Origin: a virus
Taxonomy: Duplodnaviria > Heunggongvirae > Uroviricota > Caudoviricetes
Length of the DNA: 64,000 nt
IMG/VR virus record: IMGVR_UViG_3300035659_000002
Reading direction: 5' to 3' (one strand)
Made by a program: the position numbers and the translations under genes. Within the stretch, counting starts at the first letter, position 1, and each line of letters starts with the position of its first letter. The notes below the pieces were generated by a model. It was not told the DNA's origin and made no database searches. It saw only the letters and a program-made list of their open reading frames with translations. Of this stretch, positions 26,752 to 37,243 are shown piece after piece.

Positions 26752-29700
26752 TTATTCCCATTTAGTATTTTTTTTGGGACGTTTCTTTTTCTTTCTGCGG
26801 CGAGTTACAATTACTGCCAAGATAAGTATTATACCTACCAAGGCAAATATCCAATATGCATTTCCGGTCAGTCCGGTGAAAAACAATCCAAACGGATTGT
26901 TTTCAGTAATCGTGATATATCGGGTTTCATTCATGATCAATTCTGTGTCAGGAATGATTATTTGTTGATTTACCGTGACTTTGTATTTATAAATTCCACG
27001 AATTAATTGTAGTAGCAGTAATTCTCCACCCTCAATTGTATGCAAACCATATAATCGTGTACCGATTGAAATTGTTAATTGTACCGCTCCTCCACGATTG
27101 TTTTTCACGTGAAGGTAAAACATGTCGCTTGGATATTGCATCCCCCCGCCACTCGGTTTTGCAACTAGTAAAATCGTGAACGTGCGTTGATATACACGTA
27201 TAGTTCCGTTGGTCACGGTCACGTTTAATGTCAATGATGAATATGGAGAATTGCTTGGCACGTAGAATGTGTATATCATGAAATGTTGGTCATTATAAGT
27301 CGTTGTTTGATTATATTCGTTCAGGATAATTGCCGTATCAGCGGCAAATGAAAAATCACCATAAATAATCACCGGATAGCCTTTGTAAGATATATACACG
27401 TATCCTATATTCACGATAAATCGTGGAATTGTAATATTAATAACAAAAACCACGAAATTCACGATTGAATAGATAGTGCTGTTCGGATAGAGAACTTTCA
27501 CGGCATAGGTTACGTTACCAGGAACATAACGCGGGACGAGAAACACGCTTGTCGTGTTGCCTGCATAGAACGTGCTGTTTTTGAACACCCCGTTTATCGT
27601 GATATTCAAATAATAACCCTTGGCCCGCGAGGTCGTGATCAAAATATAGGTCATGCTGCTCACGAAAATTGAACCTGGATAAACAATAGAATATGATGGT
27701 ATGAATATTGTCAAGTGAATCTTTGTCGTCACATTCACGAACTCCATGATGAATGACACGTTCTTGTAGAATGTCGAGTTCTCATAGGTTATCCGTGCTG
27801 TTATGTTATATTTGGATAAGATCGAGGACGTGATATTCAATCGCACGATTGAAGGGTTATTCGTGGTCGAATTTAATGTCCCGTTCACCCATACTTTTAA
27901 TTGACCAATATACTCACAAGTGAAATTCGCCCGTGCCGTGTTTCCAACTTGGGTTTGACTATTATAGGAAATCGTGATAAATGGATTCATGATATGTGTA
28001 TAATTGATGAATATGATACTGCCGCTAGCATTCTTGAAAAATGTGTCGTTCAAGTAAAAAGATTCAACCACGAAATTTAGCAATGTTGGCGTATTATAAA
28101 TAATACTGAAATTATATAAGACCGGGCTAATGATGGTTTGATTCAACGTGCCATTAATCCATAATTTTATTTTTCCAATCCTGTCACATGTCGTGTTGAT
28201 CCATGCCGTTTCTCCAATTGAACGATCCGCAGTATAACCAACAATTAAAGATGGATTTTGCACATATACATTCACGTAGGTATAGTTCTTGAATGCCATG
28301 ATAGCGGTGAAGTTCCTATAGGCCGAAAGATTGGCATAGAACACGACAACCGTGATATTATATGTTGTAACAATCAACGGTGCGCCTATGCTGAAATTTA
28401 TCGAGGTGGGCAAATTAAATGTCGAGTTATACGTGCCATTCACGAAAAATTTGATCCTTCCGATTCCTTGACATGTGATGTTAAGCCAAGCGTCCTGATC
28501 AAAATATTTCTCGGATGGATACACTAAATTAACCCAAACATTAGTAATATTATTTTGCACGAATGTTCCGTTAAAGAACGTGATCAACATCGTGTAATTT
28601 TTATACCAAGTCAGGTTCGTGTAAAACGATTGCACGGTAATATTAAACGTTTGAATGGTGGATGAATAAATACTATAATTCACCGATGTTGTTGCGGGAG
28701 AGTCATAGGTTGCATTGATCGTTCCATTCACGAAATATTTCAACCTTCCTATTTCTTGGGTCGTGATATTGATCCAGGCGTAATGTGATATATTTTGTGA
28801 TGCTTGATACAAGATATTGACCGACGGTTGCTTGATGTAATGGTCAACGTGAGTAGCATTGAAGAACTCAATCGGTATCGAGAAATTACGATAGAATGAT
28901 CCATTCGCGTGCTTTGAAACCATCACCACGTTGAAAAGGCATGGCGTGGATGAATACAAGCTGAAATTCACCGACGTTGGACTTCCCGAATAGGTAGCGT
29001 TGAGGGTATTATTAACGTAAAACTTGATCTGACTTATTTCTCGTATGGTGACATTGATCCAAGCGTTGTTCGTGATATTTTGCAAGCTTTGAGCAATTAT
29101 CTGAATGCACGGTTCACGATAATATGTCAATATTGTCCAATTATAAAATGAAACTGAAAAGGTAAAATTTTGATATTGCGTGAGGTTCGTGTAAAACGTT
29201 TGAATGACCACGCCAAAGGTTTGAACTATTGAACTATTCAAGCTATAATTCCAAGTCAAGGGTGAATCTTTCGTTGCATTGATTGTCCCGTTCAAGAATA
29301 TCTTGATCCTTCCGATATTTTGACACGTGATGTTGATCAAAGCAGGACGCGTGATATTTTGTATGGATTGATATGCGATATTGATAGAAGGTTGCGTGAT
29401 ATAAACTCGCGTGCCGTTGAAGAATTGGACAATTAATGTCGTGTTCTTGTAAAACGTGAGATTCTCGTAGAAGGATTCAATAGTCACGTTGAAGGTTTGA
29501 ACTATTGAACTATTCAAGCTATAATTCCAGGTCAAGGGTGAATCTTTCGTTGCATTGATTGTCCCGTTCAAGAATATCTTGATCCTTCCGATATTTTGAC
29601 ACGTGATGTTGATCAAAGCAGGACGCGTGATATTTTGTATGGATTGATATGCGATATTGATAGAAGGTTGCGTGATATAAACTCGCGTGCCGTTGAAGAA

Positions 29701-32700
29701 CGTGATTAATATCGTGAAGTTCTTATAGAATGTGCTATTTTCATAAAAACTCTGAATGGTCACGTTAAATGCTTGAACTGTACTCGAATTTAAACCGAAA
29801 GAAATCACCGATGGTAGAACATACGATGAATTATACGTGTTGTTGAGATAAAGATTGATTCTCCCGATTCTCGAGCACGAAATGTTTATCCAGGCTGTTT
29901 TCGTGATATTTTGAAGGCCATCATAACCTATCAGGACGGTTGGCTCATAAATATATTCGGTCAAGATCGTCCCGTTATAGAATTGGATGAGCAACGTGAA
30001 GCTTTTAAACCAGGTCAGGTTCGTGTAAAAGGATTGAATTGTCAAATTGAATGTTTGAACCGTGCTACTATTGAAACCAAAATTTATCTGCGACGGGGAG
30101 TTGAAGGTTGAATTTAGTGTCCCGTTGATGAAATACTTTAGCCTTCCCACGTTCTCGCACGTCACGTTCACCCATGCCGTCCTGGTAATGTTTTGTAAAT
30201 TATTATACAAGATCGAGATAAGCGGTTCGTGAATATACCTCGTCAAGATCGTTCCGTTGTAAAATTCAATGAGCATCGTGAAATTCTTGAACCAGGTTGC
30301 GTTCTCGTAGAATGTCTCGATGGTCAAGTTGAAGGTTTGAACCGTGCTACTATTGAATCCAAAGTTTATTTGTGATGGTGTTGGATACGTGGAGTTCAGC
30401 GTGCCATTCACGTAAAAGGAAACGCTACTCAAGTATTGACACGTCATGTTCACCCATGCCGTGCTCGTGATGTTACTACGAGCAATGTAATCAATCGTGA
30501 TGATAGGTTCGTTGATGTACTCGTGAACTATCGTCCAATCATCCCAACCCATTCCTATGCTGTAGATCGTGTATAATGAACCATTCGGATAATTGAAATA
30601 TAACGTGATGTTCCAAACATCTATCACGAATGATTTCAATGGGATGAGAAGCGATGTCGTGTTCGCGTAGTTCGTCAGCGTCGTTGTCATGTTTGTCCAC
30701 GAGTAGATCGTCATGTTCATGCCTCCTAAATGCTCCGTTGCTATCACCAGGTAATTGTAATCGGTGATGTTTGTCAATAACGTGGCTGCAATGGCAATAC
30801 AAGGCGCATGAAGGTAAATATACGTGTAATTGATGAAATAGATTACCACGCTGATGTTCTTGAAAAATGTGCCATTAGAATACGTGAACCGGAGCATGAT
30901 GTCCAATCGTGTCGTGTGGTGATACACGAAAGACGTGTTTACCGAAGCTGGATAGGAACTTGATGTGAAATTGAGCGTGCTATTCACGTAGCCTTTTATT
31001 TGCCAAACTCGGGCGCACGTGATGTTCACCCAGGCCGTTTCATTCACGTATTGATATTTTTGGCTCGAAATGGCGATCTCTGGATATTGCACGTAGATGT
31101 AGGTTGGATTGATGAACCGCATTGTCACCGTGATATTTTTATAGAATGTTCCGTTGGAATACGTGAAACGGAGCGTGATCAAGAGCGTTGCTTGGACGTG
31201 ATAAGTGAATGACCTGTTTACCGACGTTGGATTGGAACCGGAAGTATAATTGAGCGTGCCATTGACATAAACTTTTACCTGGTTCACGTATTTGCAAGTC
31301 GTGTTCACCCAACCCGTTTCATTAACATATTTTTGTTCTTGAGCCTTGATATCAATCGATGGATTGCTGATATAAACATAGGTCGGGAGAATGAACTGCA
31401 CGTTCACGGTAATGTTCTTGAAGAATGTCCCATTCGAGTATTCAAATCTCATTTTTACAACAAAGACCGTTGACGTGCGATAAAATAACGTGAAGTTCTT
31501 GAACGTGGGATTTAATCCGCTTGTATAATTCAACGTTCCATTAACATAAATCTTGAGCTGTTTCACGTAAAGCATGTTTATAACTACAGCTGCGGTATTA
31601 TTCACGAACTGCTTTTTATCGGCAGAAATATCAATGACCGGGTTCTGCACGTAGAGAACTTCTTGTTTATACGTTACCACGAATGACTTGTTTTTACTTT
31701 GAATGTTTCCCGCATTATCGGTTGCATAAATGTAGAAATTATAGGTTCTATTCGTGAAATATGCCGTGTAGTTAAATATCGTTGATGCAGCATTTGGAAT
31801 TTGAATCACGTTGTATCCATTCGAGTATTGGCCATAAGAATTGTTGAGATACGTGTCAGTAATCGTCGTGGTGATTGAAATGGGAATCGTGTTATTCAGG
31901 CCGCCCGTGGGATGTGAAACAACCGTGATCGTGCCGATCGTGGGATTGGTATTATCCACGACGATCCATTTCATGTCATTCCACCATGTACCTGCGAAAT
32001 CCTTGACCCTGGCAGTTAGATTATACACACCATCTGCCTTTGCCGAGGAATTGAAGGCATACGTGTCCACGAGCGTATAATCCCGGTCATTCGATAACAC
32101 TTGCGTTGACGTGTAGTAAATTCGGAGATAATCGACGTTGACCTGGATCTCGTCGTTAGCATCCGAATCACGGCAATAGACCCTCATCCAAAATGCCTTG
32201 TCAATCGAGCCTATATTTGACATGACCGCTAATGAAACGTTGCCGGTGTTCCATGCGTTTTCCGTGAGCGTCACAAATGTTTGCCAGGTCGAATCGCTCG
32301 TTCTCCAATATTGGAGAACCTTGTCGTTCAAGGAACTTTGCCGCGTTAATTGAATGCGATACTCGATCCATGTTGCGTTGATATAAGTCGTGTCCTTGTT
32401 TCCCGTTCCCCAACAAAATTGATTGTAGATGAATTCATCGTAATCAACCGGGATTCCCAATAACCATGCTACTGCCACGGTTTGACTTTGACAATAGAGA
32501 TAATTCGTGTCTTGTACATCACAATATCTCAAGTTTCCAGCTTGGTTCTCGCCTTGATTGAGTATTTCGGTATCCGTGTACCAGCGACCATTGATATATC
32601 GCTTGGGACTTGCTTTCGAGTTAAGCAACGTGCCGTTTAATCGAAGCTCATAATTCTGAACTGTTTTGTTGGTATAGACGTTGATGTTTTTCACGCCAGC

Positions 32701-32844
32701 TACATACGTGGGGCAATCCACCACCACTCCATTGTGAAAGCTGGTGTCTATGAATTTTCCCGATGCCTTGAGCGGTCCTATCGTCGTGATAAGCGTTGAC
32801 ATGAAAATTAACGATATCAATGCAATTCCAATCGTTTTTCTCAT
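26752..32844 (-). CDS. Giant (2030-aa) repeat glycoprotein / adhesin-like surface protein
   Basis: Signal peptide; N-terminal globular domain; many tandem ~90-aa beta-sandwich-like repeats; very dense NxS/T sequons; C-terminal TM plus RRRKKKK. Confidence 0.9.
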   Translation of the reverse strand: MRKTIGIALISLIFMSTLITTIGPLKASGKFIDTSFHNGVVVDCPTYVAGVKNINVYTNKTVQNYELRLNGTLLNSKASPKRYINGRWYTDTEILNQGENQAGNLRYCDVQDTNYLYCQSQTVAVAWLLGIPVDYDEFIYNQFCWGTGNKDTTYINATWIEYRIQLTRQSSLNDKVLQYWRTSDSTWQTFVTLTENAWNTGNVSLAVMSNIGSIDKAFWMRVYCRDSDANDEIQVNVDYLRIYYTSTQVLSNDRDYTLVDTYAFNSSAKADGVYNLTARVKDFAGTWWNDMKWIVVDNTNPTIGTITVVSHPTGGLNNTIPISITTTITDTYLNNSYGQYSNGYNVIQIPNAASTIFNYTAYFTNRTYNFYIYATDNAGNIQSKNKSFVVTYKQEVLYVQNPVIDISADKKQFVNNTAAVVINMLYVKQLKIYVNGTLNYTSGLNPTFKNFTLFYRTSTVFVVKMRFEYSNGTFFKNITVNVQFILPTYVYISNPSIDIKAQEQKYVNETGWVNTTCKYVNQVKVYVNGTLNYTSGSNPTSVNRSFTYHVQATLLITLRFTYSNGTFYKNITVTMRFINPTYIYVQYPEIAISSQKYQYVNETAWVNITCARVWQIKGYVNSTLNFTSSSYPASVNTSFVYHHTTRLDIMLRFTYSNGTFFKNISVVIYFINYTYIYLHAPCIAIAATLLTNITDYNYLVIATEHLGGMNMTIYSWTNMTTTLTNYANTTSLLIPLKSFVIDVWNITLYFNYPNGSLYTIYSIGMGWDDWTIVHEYINEPIITIDYIARSNITSTAWVNMTCQYLSSVSFYVNGTLNSTYPTPSQINFGFNSSTVQTFNLTIETFYENATWFKNFTMLIEFYNGTILTRYIHEPLISILYNNLQNITRTAWVNVTCENVGRLKYFINGTLNSTFNSPSQINFGFNSSTVQTFNLTIQSFYTNLTWFKSFTLLIQFYNGTILTEYIYEPTVLIGYDGLQNITKTAWINISCSRIGRINLYLNNTYNSSYVLPSVISFGLNSSTVQAFNVTIQSFYENSTFYKNFTILITFFNGTRVYITQPSINIAYQSIQNITRPALINITCQNIGRIKIFLNGTINATKDSPLTWNYSLNSSIVQTFNVTIESFYENLTFYKNTTLIVQFFNGTRVYITQPSINIAYQSIQNITRPALINITCQNIGRIKIFLNGTINATKDSPLTWNYSLNSSIVQTFGVVIQTFYTNLTQYQNFTFSVSFYNWTILTYYREPCIQIIAQSLQNITNNAWINVTIREISQIKFYVNNTLNATYSGSPTSVNFSLYSSTPCLFNVVMVSKHANGSFYRNFSIPIEFFNATHVDHYIKQPSVNILYQASQNISHYAWINITTQEIGRLKYFVNGTINATYDSPATTSVNYSIYSSTIQTFNITVQSFYTNLTWYKNYTMLITFFNGTFVQNNITNVWVNLVYPSEKYFDQDAWLNITCQGIGRIKFFVNGTYNSTFNLPTSINFSIGAPLIVTTYNITVVVFYANLSAYRNFTAIMAFKNYTYVNVYVQNPSLIVGYTADRSIGETAWINTTCDRIGKIKLWINGTLNQTIISPVLYNFSIIYNTPTLLNFVVESFYLNDTFFKNASGSIIFINYTHIMNPFITISYNSQTQVGNTARANFTCEYIGQLKVWVNGTLNSTTNNPSIVRLNITSSILSKYNITARITYENSTFYKNVSFIMEFVNVTTKIHLTIFIPSYSIVYPGSIFVSSMTYILITTSRAKGYYLNITINGVFKNSTFYAGNTTSVFLVPRYVPGNVTYAVKVLYPNSTIYSIVNFVVFVINITIPRFIVNIGYVYISYKGYPVIIYGDFSFAADTAIILNEYNQTTTYNDQHFMIYTFYVPSNSPYSSLTLNVTVTNGTIRVYQRTFTILLVAKPSGGGMQYPSDMFYLHVKNNRGGAVQLTISIGTRLYGLHTIEGGELLLLQLIRGIYKYKVTVNQQIIIPDTELIMNETRYITITENNPFGLFFTGLTGNAYWIFALVGIILILAVIVTRRRKKKKRPKKNTKWE
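29216..29700. repeat. Near-identical 209-nt direct repeat (29216-29424 and 29492-29700; period 276 nt = 92 aa)
   Basis: Copies match except CCAAGT versus CCAGGT; both encode RVYITQPSINIAYQSIQNITRPALINITCQNIGRIKIFLNGTINATKDSPLTWNYSLNSSIVQTF. Confidence 0.9.
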
Positions 32845-33200
32845 GAGACATTCGTTCCCCTTTTCACATGTCGTTCGATAAGACCAAGTAAATATTTAGA
32901 AACAGATTTGCCTTTCCTTTTTGCTTTTTTCTCGATTATTTTATATGATGGTAGAGTTAATCGAATCATTATTCTTTTTGTTGTTTTATCTCGTTTTATC
33001 GAGTTTTTAAGTCGTATGCGTGATTGCCTCATGGCCGAACATTGTGGTGAACATGTCTTAAATGATGATTTGCCTGGTCCTGTTTTCACGTAAAATTCTT
33101 GATTACATTCACTACAATTACGTTTTTCAAAACCGTGCTTTTTTCCCGTGAATCGTTGCCGGTTATATCGGCCGCGTCCGAGTTCATGGGAGGTTTCCAC
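32841..33200 (-). CDS. Zinc finger plus RHH regulator
   Basis: CSECNQEF...CSPQC; RIMIRLTLPSYKIIEKKAKRKGKSVSKYLLGLIE. Confidence 0.8.
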   Translation of the reverse strand: METSHELGRGRYNRQRFTGKKHGFEKRNCSECNQEFYVKTGPGKSSFKTCSPQCSAMRQSRIRLKNSIKRDKTTKRIMIRLTLPSYKIIEKKAKRKGKSVSKYLLGLIERHVKRGTNVS

Positions 33201-33293
33201 GATTTAATCATCAGCATGACGATACTTGAAATAATGAGCGATTAACGGTTAGTTAAATGTTCCTATATACTACAAGAAAAAAAGGAATAAAAA

Positions 33294-35063
33294 TCACTTT
33301 CGAGGCCTTCGGTTGCCACCCCGCCGAGCATTGTTACCAAAATGAAAAAGGGAAAATTTTACTGTTGTCGTGCGTGGCCCACCCGATGTACTACTTCGTG
33401 GACGGAATAAAATAACGAGAACCGTGATCACGATGGCAGCCATGATACAAACAACGAGAATGATGATGCTGTTCGTATCCCAAACGAAAAATGGTTGATG
33501 CTCGACAAAATCATCAATCGTGGGATTAAGGCCATAGGATGTCATTTCAAAATCCGAAATTTTACTTGGATCAATTGGTTTTCCTGATACATAGACCGTC
33601 GGATTATTTTCAGAAATGATGACCACACGGAATACGATCCTGCTGATTGCATAAACATTTTGAACTGATAACTTGTAAGGATATTTGATCGTGGTTGTCC
33701 CGCTAGCCGCCGTAATTTTATTAACGGTTGCGGGTAGAGTCCCACCGTACCACCAAAGCGTGTTATACGTGACATCGGTTTTGGCAATGTTCAAGGTCGA
33801 AAGTTCTTGAAGCTTAAATTCAGCCCGAGGGCTAATTTTCGTCGGCAAGCTAAATTTATCGAGCGTATTAAGATTGATCGTGATATCCTTGCCTTCAAGA
33901 CCGTTGCCCAACATTGCACCGTAAATATTGGCAGCTGCGCCAAGCGTTGTAATTTCATCCTGGCCTTGTTGATATTTAACCGAACCTGTCAAATCCATAT
34001 CATACATGAGAAGTGGAGCTGTCATTTCCGGTTGTGTCACACCACCTTTATCTTCCGTCGGATCATCCGTTGCCAAGGGAACTTTAATTCTCAAATACGG
34101 GTCAAGATAATTAGGAATCACACCTTTGCTTTCGATGGATGATTTATAACATTCAGCAAATCCAACCATTGCACTTGTGGTATCTACTTGTACCGTGGCC
34201 CTCGTACCGTTAGGCAAAATAATTTGGCGATCATAGGAATACCTGATATAATCATTGTATCCCTTGATCGTGAGATTCGGTTGTATCACAATTGCTCTAG
34301 TTCCCCAATAGTTACTGATATATTGAATAGCATCGGTAAGCTGATGCCCTGCACTTGGAACGGGGTTAAATGTCGAAACTTGAAAATCCATGGGAAATAA
34401 CGAGGTCGTGATCTTTGCCGTGGTCGTGCTATGCGTGCTAACACAAGGCCCAAAAACACCAATACCATCATATATATTACAATCTCCATTTATAGCCATG
34501 ATCAAGTTTCCGTCTGGATTATCAGTCGGTCCGGGGTCAGTCCAATAAAATTGATGATATATAGGCGTATAAGAAAATTGGGCACCACGCAAAGGACTCA
34601 ATATAATTTCAGGAGCTATCTGCCAATTCACCGTGTTCGCATACGTTCTAGCCCCGACATCAACAGCAAAATAATATTGATCCGACAAGAAATATAATTT
34701 TCCGTCCACATAAATTGATTTGCTGGTGGTATGTTCAATCTGGCTCGTAGAGGTCAAATATGTGCCATCCGATTCACACGGGAACGGTGACGAGAACATG
34801 ATATCAACATCAGGATATCGACCAAGCGAATCATGATAATGTGACATGGGAGATGCTGTCGAAATTTCACCGAGAAAAGTTCCGTCAGGGTCTCGAACGG
34901 TAAATTTGGCAGAATCGACATATACAGGATTGAAGGTTTCCGGTGTCAATGAAATTTCGGTTGCCGTCGATCCTAAAATCCCAGAAGATCCCAAAGCAAA
35001 AATGCCTCCACTGACCAAACCGATGATGAGAACAGCCCATAATATTTTTTTTCCTTTACTCAT
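33294..35063 (-). CDS. 589-aa surface protein with N- and C-terminal TM segments
   Basis: ILWAVLIIGLVSGGIFAL; beta-rich body; IIILVVCIMAAIVITVLVILF plus a basic tail. Confidence 0.85.
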   Translation of the reverse strand: MSKGKKILWAVLIIGLVSGGIFALGSSGILGSTATEISLTPETFNPVYVDSAKFTVRDPDGTFLGEISTASPMSHYHDSLGRYPDVDIMFSSPFPCESDGTYLTSTSQIEHTTSKSIYVDGKLYFLSDQYYFAVDVGARTYANTVNWQIAPEIILSPLRGAQFSYTPIYHQFYWTDPGPTDNPDGNLIMAINGDCNIYDGIGVFGPCVSTHSTTTAKITTSLFPMDFQVSTFNPVPSAGHQLTDAIQYISNYWGTRAIVIQPNLTIKGYNDYIRYSYDRQIILPNGTRATVQVDTTSAMVGFAECYKSSIESKGVIPNYLDPYLRIKVPLATDDPTEDKGGVTQPEMTAPLLMYDMDLTGSVKYQQGQDEITTLGAAANIYGAMLGNGLEGKDITINLNTLDKFSLPTKISPRAEFKLQELSTLNIAKTDVTYNTLWWYGGTLPATVNKITAASGTTTIKYPYKLSVQNVYAISRIVFRVVIISENNPTVYVSGKPIDPSKISDFEMTSYGLNPTIDDFVEHQPFFVWDTNSIIILVVCIMAAIVITVLVILFRPRSSTSGGPRTTTVKFSLFHFGNNARRGGNRRPRK

Positions 35064-35086
35064 GTTTACATTCCTTTTTTATTTTA

Positions 35087-37243
35087 TTAAATCATGACGG
35101 GTCGAATTGGATTGCCCTGGGAGGTCATTTGTATCCAATCTCCAGCTTGATTAGGATGTTGAGCGTATGCTATGGCCCATAATGCATATTCTACCGTATA
35201 AATATTCGGAAGCCCCTTTTTCGTTTCTGATGCCGATGGAATAACAATTGCCCAAGCAGATGAGCGTGTATATTCACCGGTACTATAATAATATTTCATG
35301 ATAAACAAATATTGGCTCGTGCCAGCAACTATACCATAAAAGACGATTGATTTTCCAGCACTATTATACAAAAACGAAACCCCAAGCCACGTTTTTAGTT
35401 GTTCCTCGGTAAAGGTGGTCAAGTAAAGCGTGAGATAGGTCAAATCAGTTGGAACGGCATCTTGTCGATTAGATGTTTGTGTCGAATAGCCGTATGAAGT
35501 AGTTAATCCAATATATACCGGAGAACCAAGTTTTCCTTGGCTTTGTGTGCTGGAATAATAACCATAGCCAACCGAACCAATACTTTCATCAAGACGAATA
35601 TATTGTGCTGTTGGAGCCACGGGCATTTGCATGACAACAGGACCAATCACGTTTGATAGCACGCTACTTAAACCATTCGTCCCGACCACGATGATGCCAT
35701 AATAATATGGACCATTCACAGCAATAGTATCGGCATAAGTCGTGCTGGTTGGTTCGGTAGCAAGTTTCGTTGCACTTGCTGTACTCGTGAAAAACCCGGT
35801 TGCCCGATAGATCAAGTATTTTGCCGCACCGGTCACGCTTGTCCACGTTAAAACGAAATTACCATTCGTGGATGTTTGTGGAGTTACAGATACTAGCGTG
35901 GTCGATGCGGGAACGGTAGGTTGAGTAACAATCGTCACGGAGATATAGACCTTGTTTGATAACTCGCTTTCAGCTTCCGTCGCGGTCACGGCAGTCACAG
36001 CATAATAATAAATCCCGTTAGTAACGGTATCTGTATATATTCGTGCCGATCCCGTGCCTTGTGGAGTCGCAATGACCGTCGCTCCAGCTTTGGTTGAAAA
36101 ATCACTTGATGCACGATAGATTCTGCATTTCGGGATGGTCGGGTCCACTTGCCAGGTAAGAGTAATAATGCCGGTGCTTGAACTCGTGGGAATATTATCC
36201 ACGGTTGGAGGTGTAGCCCCTGCCCCAGAGATTTGCACGGAAACAGAAACGACATTCGATATTACACTTTCCACGCTGCCCGTGTTAACAGCGGTCACGG
36301 CATAATAATAAATTCCGTTCACCGTGATCGTGTCTTGGCCCGAACGGGACGTGCCACTTCCTGTCACGGTATTAATCAACACGGCTCCTGCCTTCGACGT
36401 GAATGAATTGGATGCCCGATATATTTTACACATGGGAATAGCAATATCGACCTGCCAGGTAAGACTAATAATGCCGGTGGTCGAGGGTGATGCAATACTC
36501 GACAAGATAGGAGCAGCCGGGGCATTTGGTTGCGTGTTCAAGATGACGGCGGTGACGGAAACCACGTTTGATAACTCCGTTTCCGCGCCATTCGTGTCCA
36601 CCGCTATCATAGCATAATAATACGTGCCATCCGTTACCGTGTCGGTATAACTCCTGGGAAAATTACGCAAAAGTGTCTTGATCAACGTGGCATCCGTTAT
36701 TGTTTCAAAATCGGACGTGCTTCGATAAATCTTGAGTTTGACGGAGGATGGATCAACCTGCCAAGTCAGTTTGATGCTACCGTTTTCTGATAACGGTAAT
36801 AAATTATCCAAGGTTGGAGCGGTTATCGTGCTAGCATGATCAGGCCCTTCTCCTTGCCCGGAAATTAATGACGGTAAAAATATTGCAAGAGGAATACCTA
36901 CACCAACAACGATAATAATGATAACAATGGCTTTGCCCAATGTAGTGAGCATGGCTTTGTTTGATCGCTTGGCCTTGTTTATTGGAATTACTTTTTCACG
37001 TTGCTTTGTGACATATAATATGATCAGGGGTGTAACGATGAATCCGATCAAGTAAGTGATCATCACGTTGATATTGAAATACAGCGTGTCAGTAACGGCC
37101 ATGTCTCCTCCGAGATAATGTGTCAAGTTCACGGTAACAAATGTTAGGACAGCTGCAATTATCCCAAGCACGGAAAATAGAATAATATATTTTCCGATGC
37201 GATCAAAAAAGCTTTGCTTGATCCTGATATTTTGCATGATCAT
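35087..37243 (-). CDS. Membrane protein with four fibronectin type III-like domains
   Basis: Three N-terminal TMs; four repeats of G.I.LTW...KIYR...YTDT...G.YYY.V.AV...ES..SN. Confidence 0.85.
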   Translation of the reverse strand: MIMQNIRIKQSFFDRIGKYIILFSVLGIIAAVLTFVTVNLTHYLGGDMAVTDTLYFNINVMITYLIGFIVTPLIILYVTKQREKVIPINKAKRSNKAMLTTLGKAIVIIIIVVGVGIPLAIFLPSLISGQGEGPDHASTITAPTLDNLLPLSENGSIKLTWQVDPSSVKLKIYRSTSDFETITDATLIKTLLRNFPRSYTDTVTDGTYYYAMIAVDTNGAETELSNVVSVTAVILNTQPNAPAAPILSSIASPSTTGIISLTWQVDIAIPMCKIYRASNSFTSKAGAVLINTVTGSGTSRSGQDTITVNGIYYYAVTAVNTGSVESVISNVVSVSVQISGAGATPPTVDNIPTSSSTGIITLTWQVDPTIPKCRIYRASSDFSTKAGATVIATPQGTGSARIYTDTVTNGIYYYAVTAVTATEAESELSNKVYISVTIVTQPTVPASTTLVSVTPQTSTNGNFVLTWTSVTGAAKYLIYRATGFFTSTASATKLATEPTSTTYADTIAVNGPYYYGIIVVGTNGLSSVLSNVIGPVVMQMPVAPTAQYIRLDESIGSVGYGYYSSTQSQGKLGSPVYIGLTTSYGYSTQTSNRQDAVPTDLTYLTLYLTTFTEEQLKTWLGVSFLYNSAGKSIVFYGIVAGTSQYLFIMKYYYSTGEYTRSSAWAIVIPSASETKKGLPNIYTVEYALWAIAYAQHPNQAGDWIQMTSQGNPIRPVMI

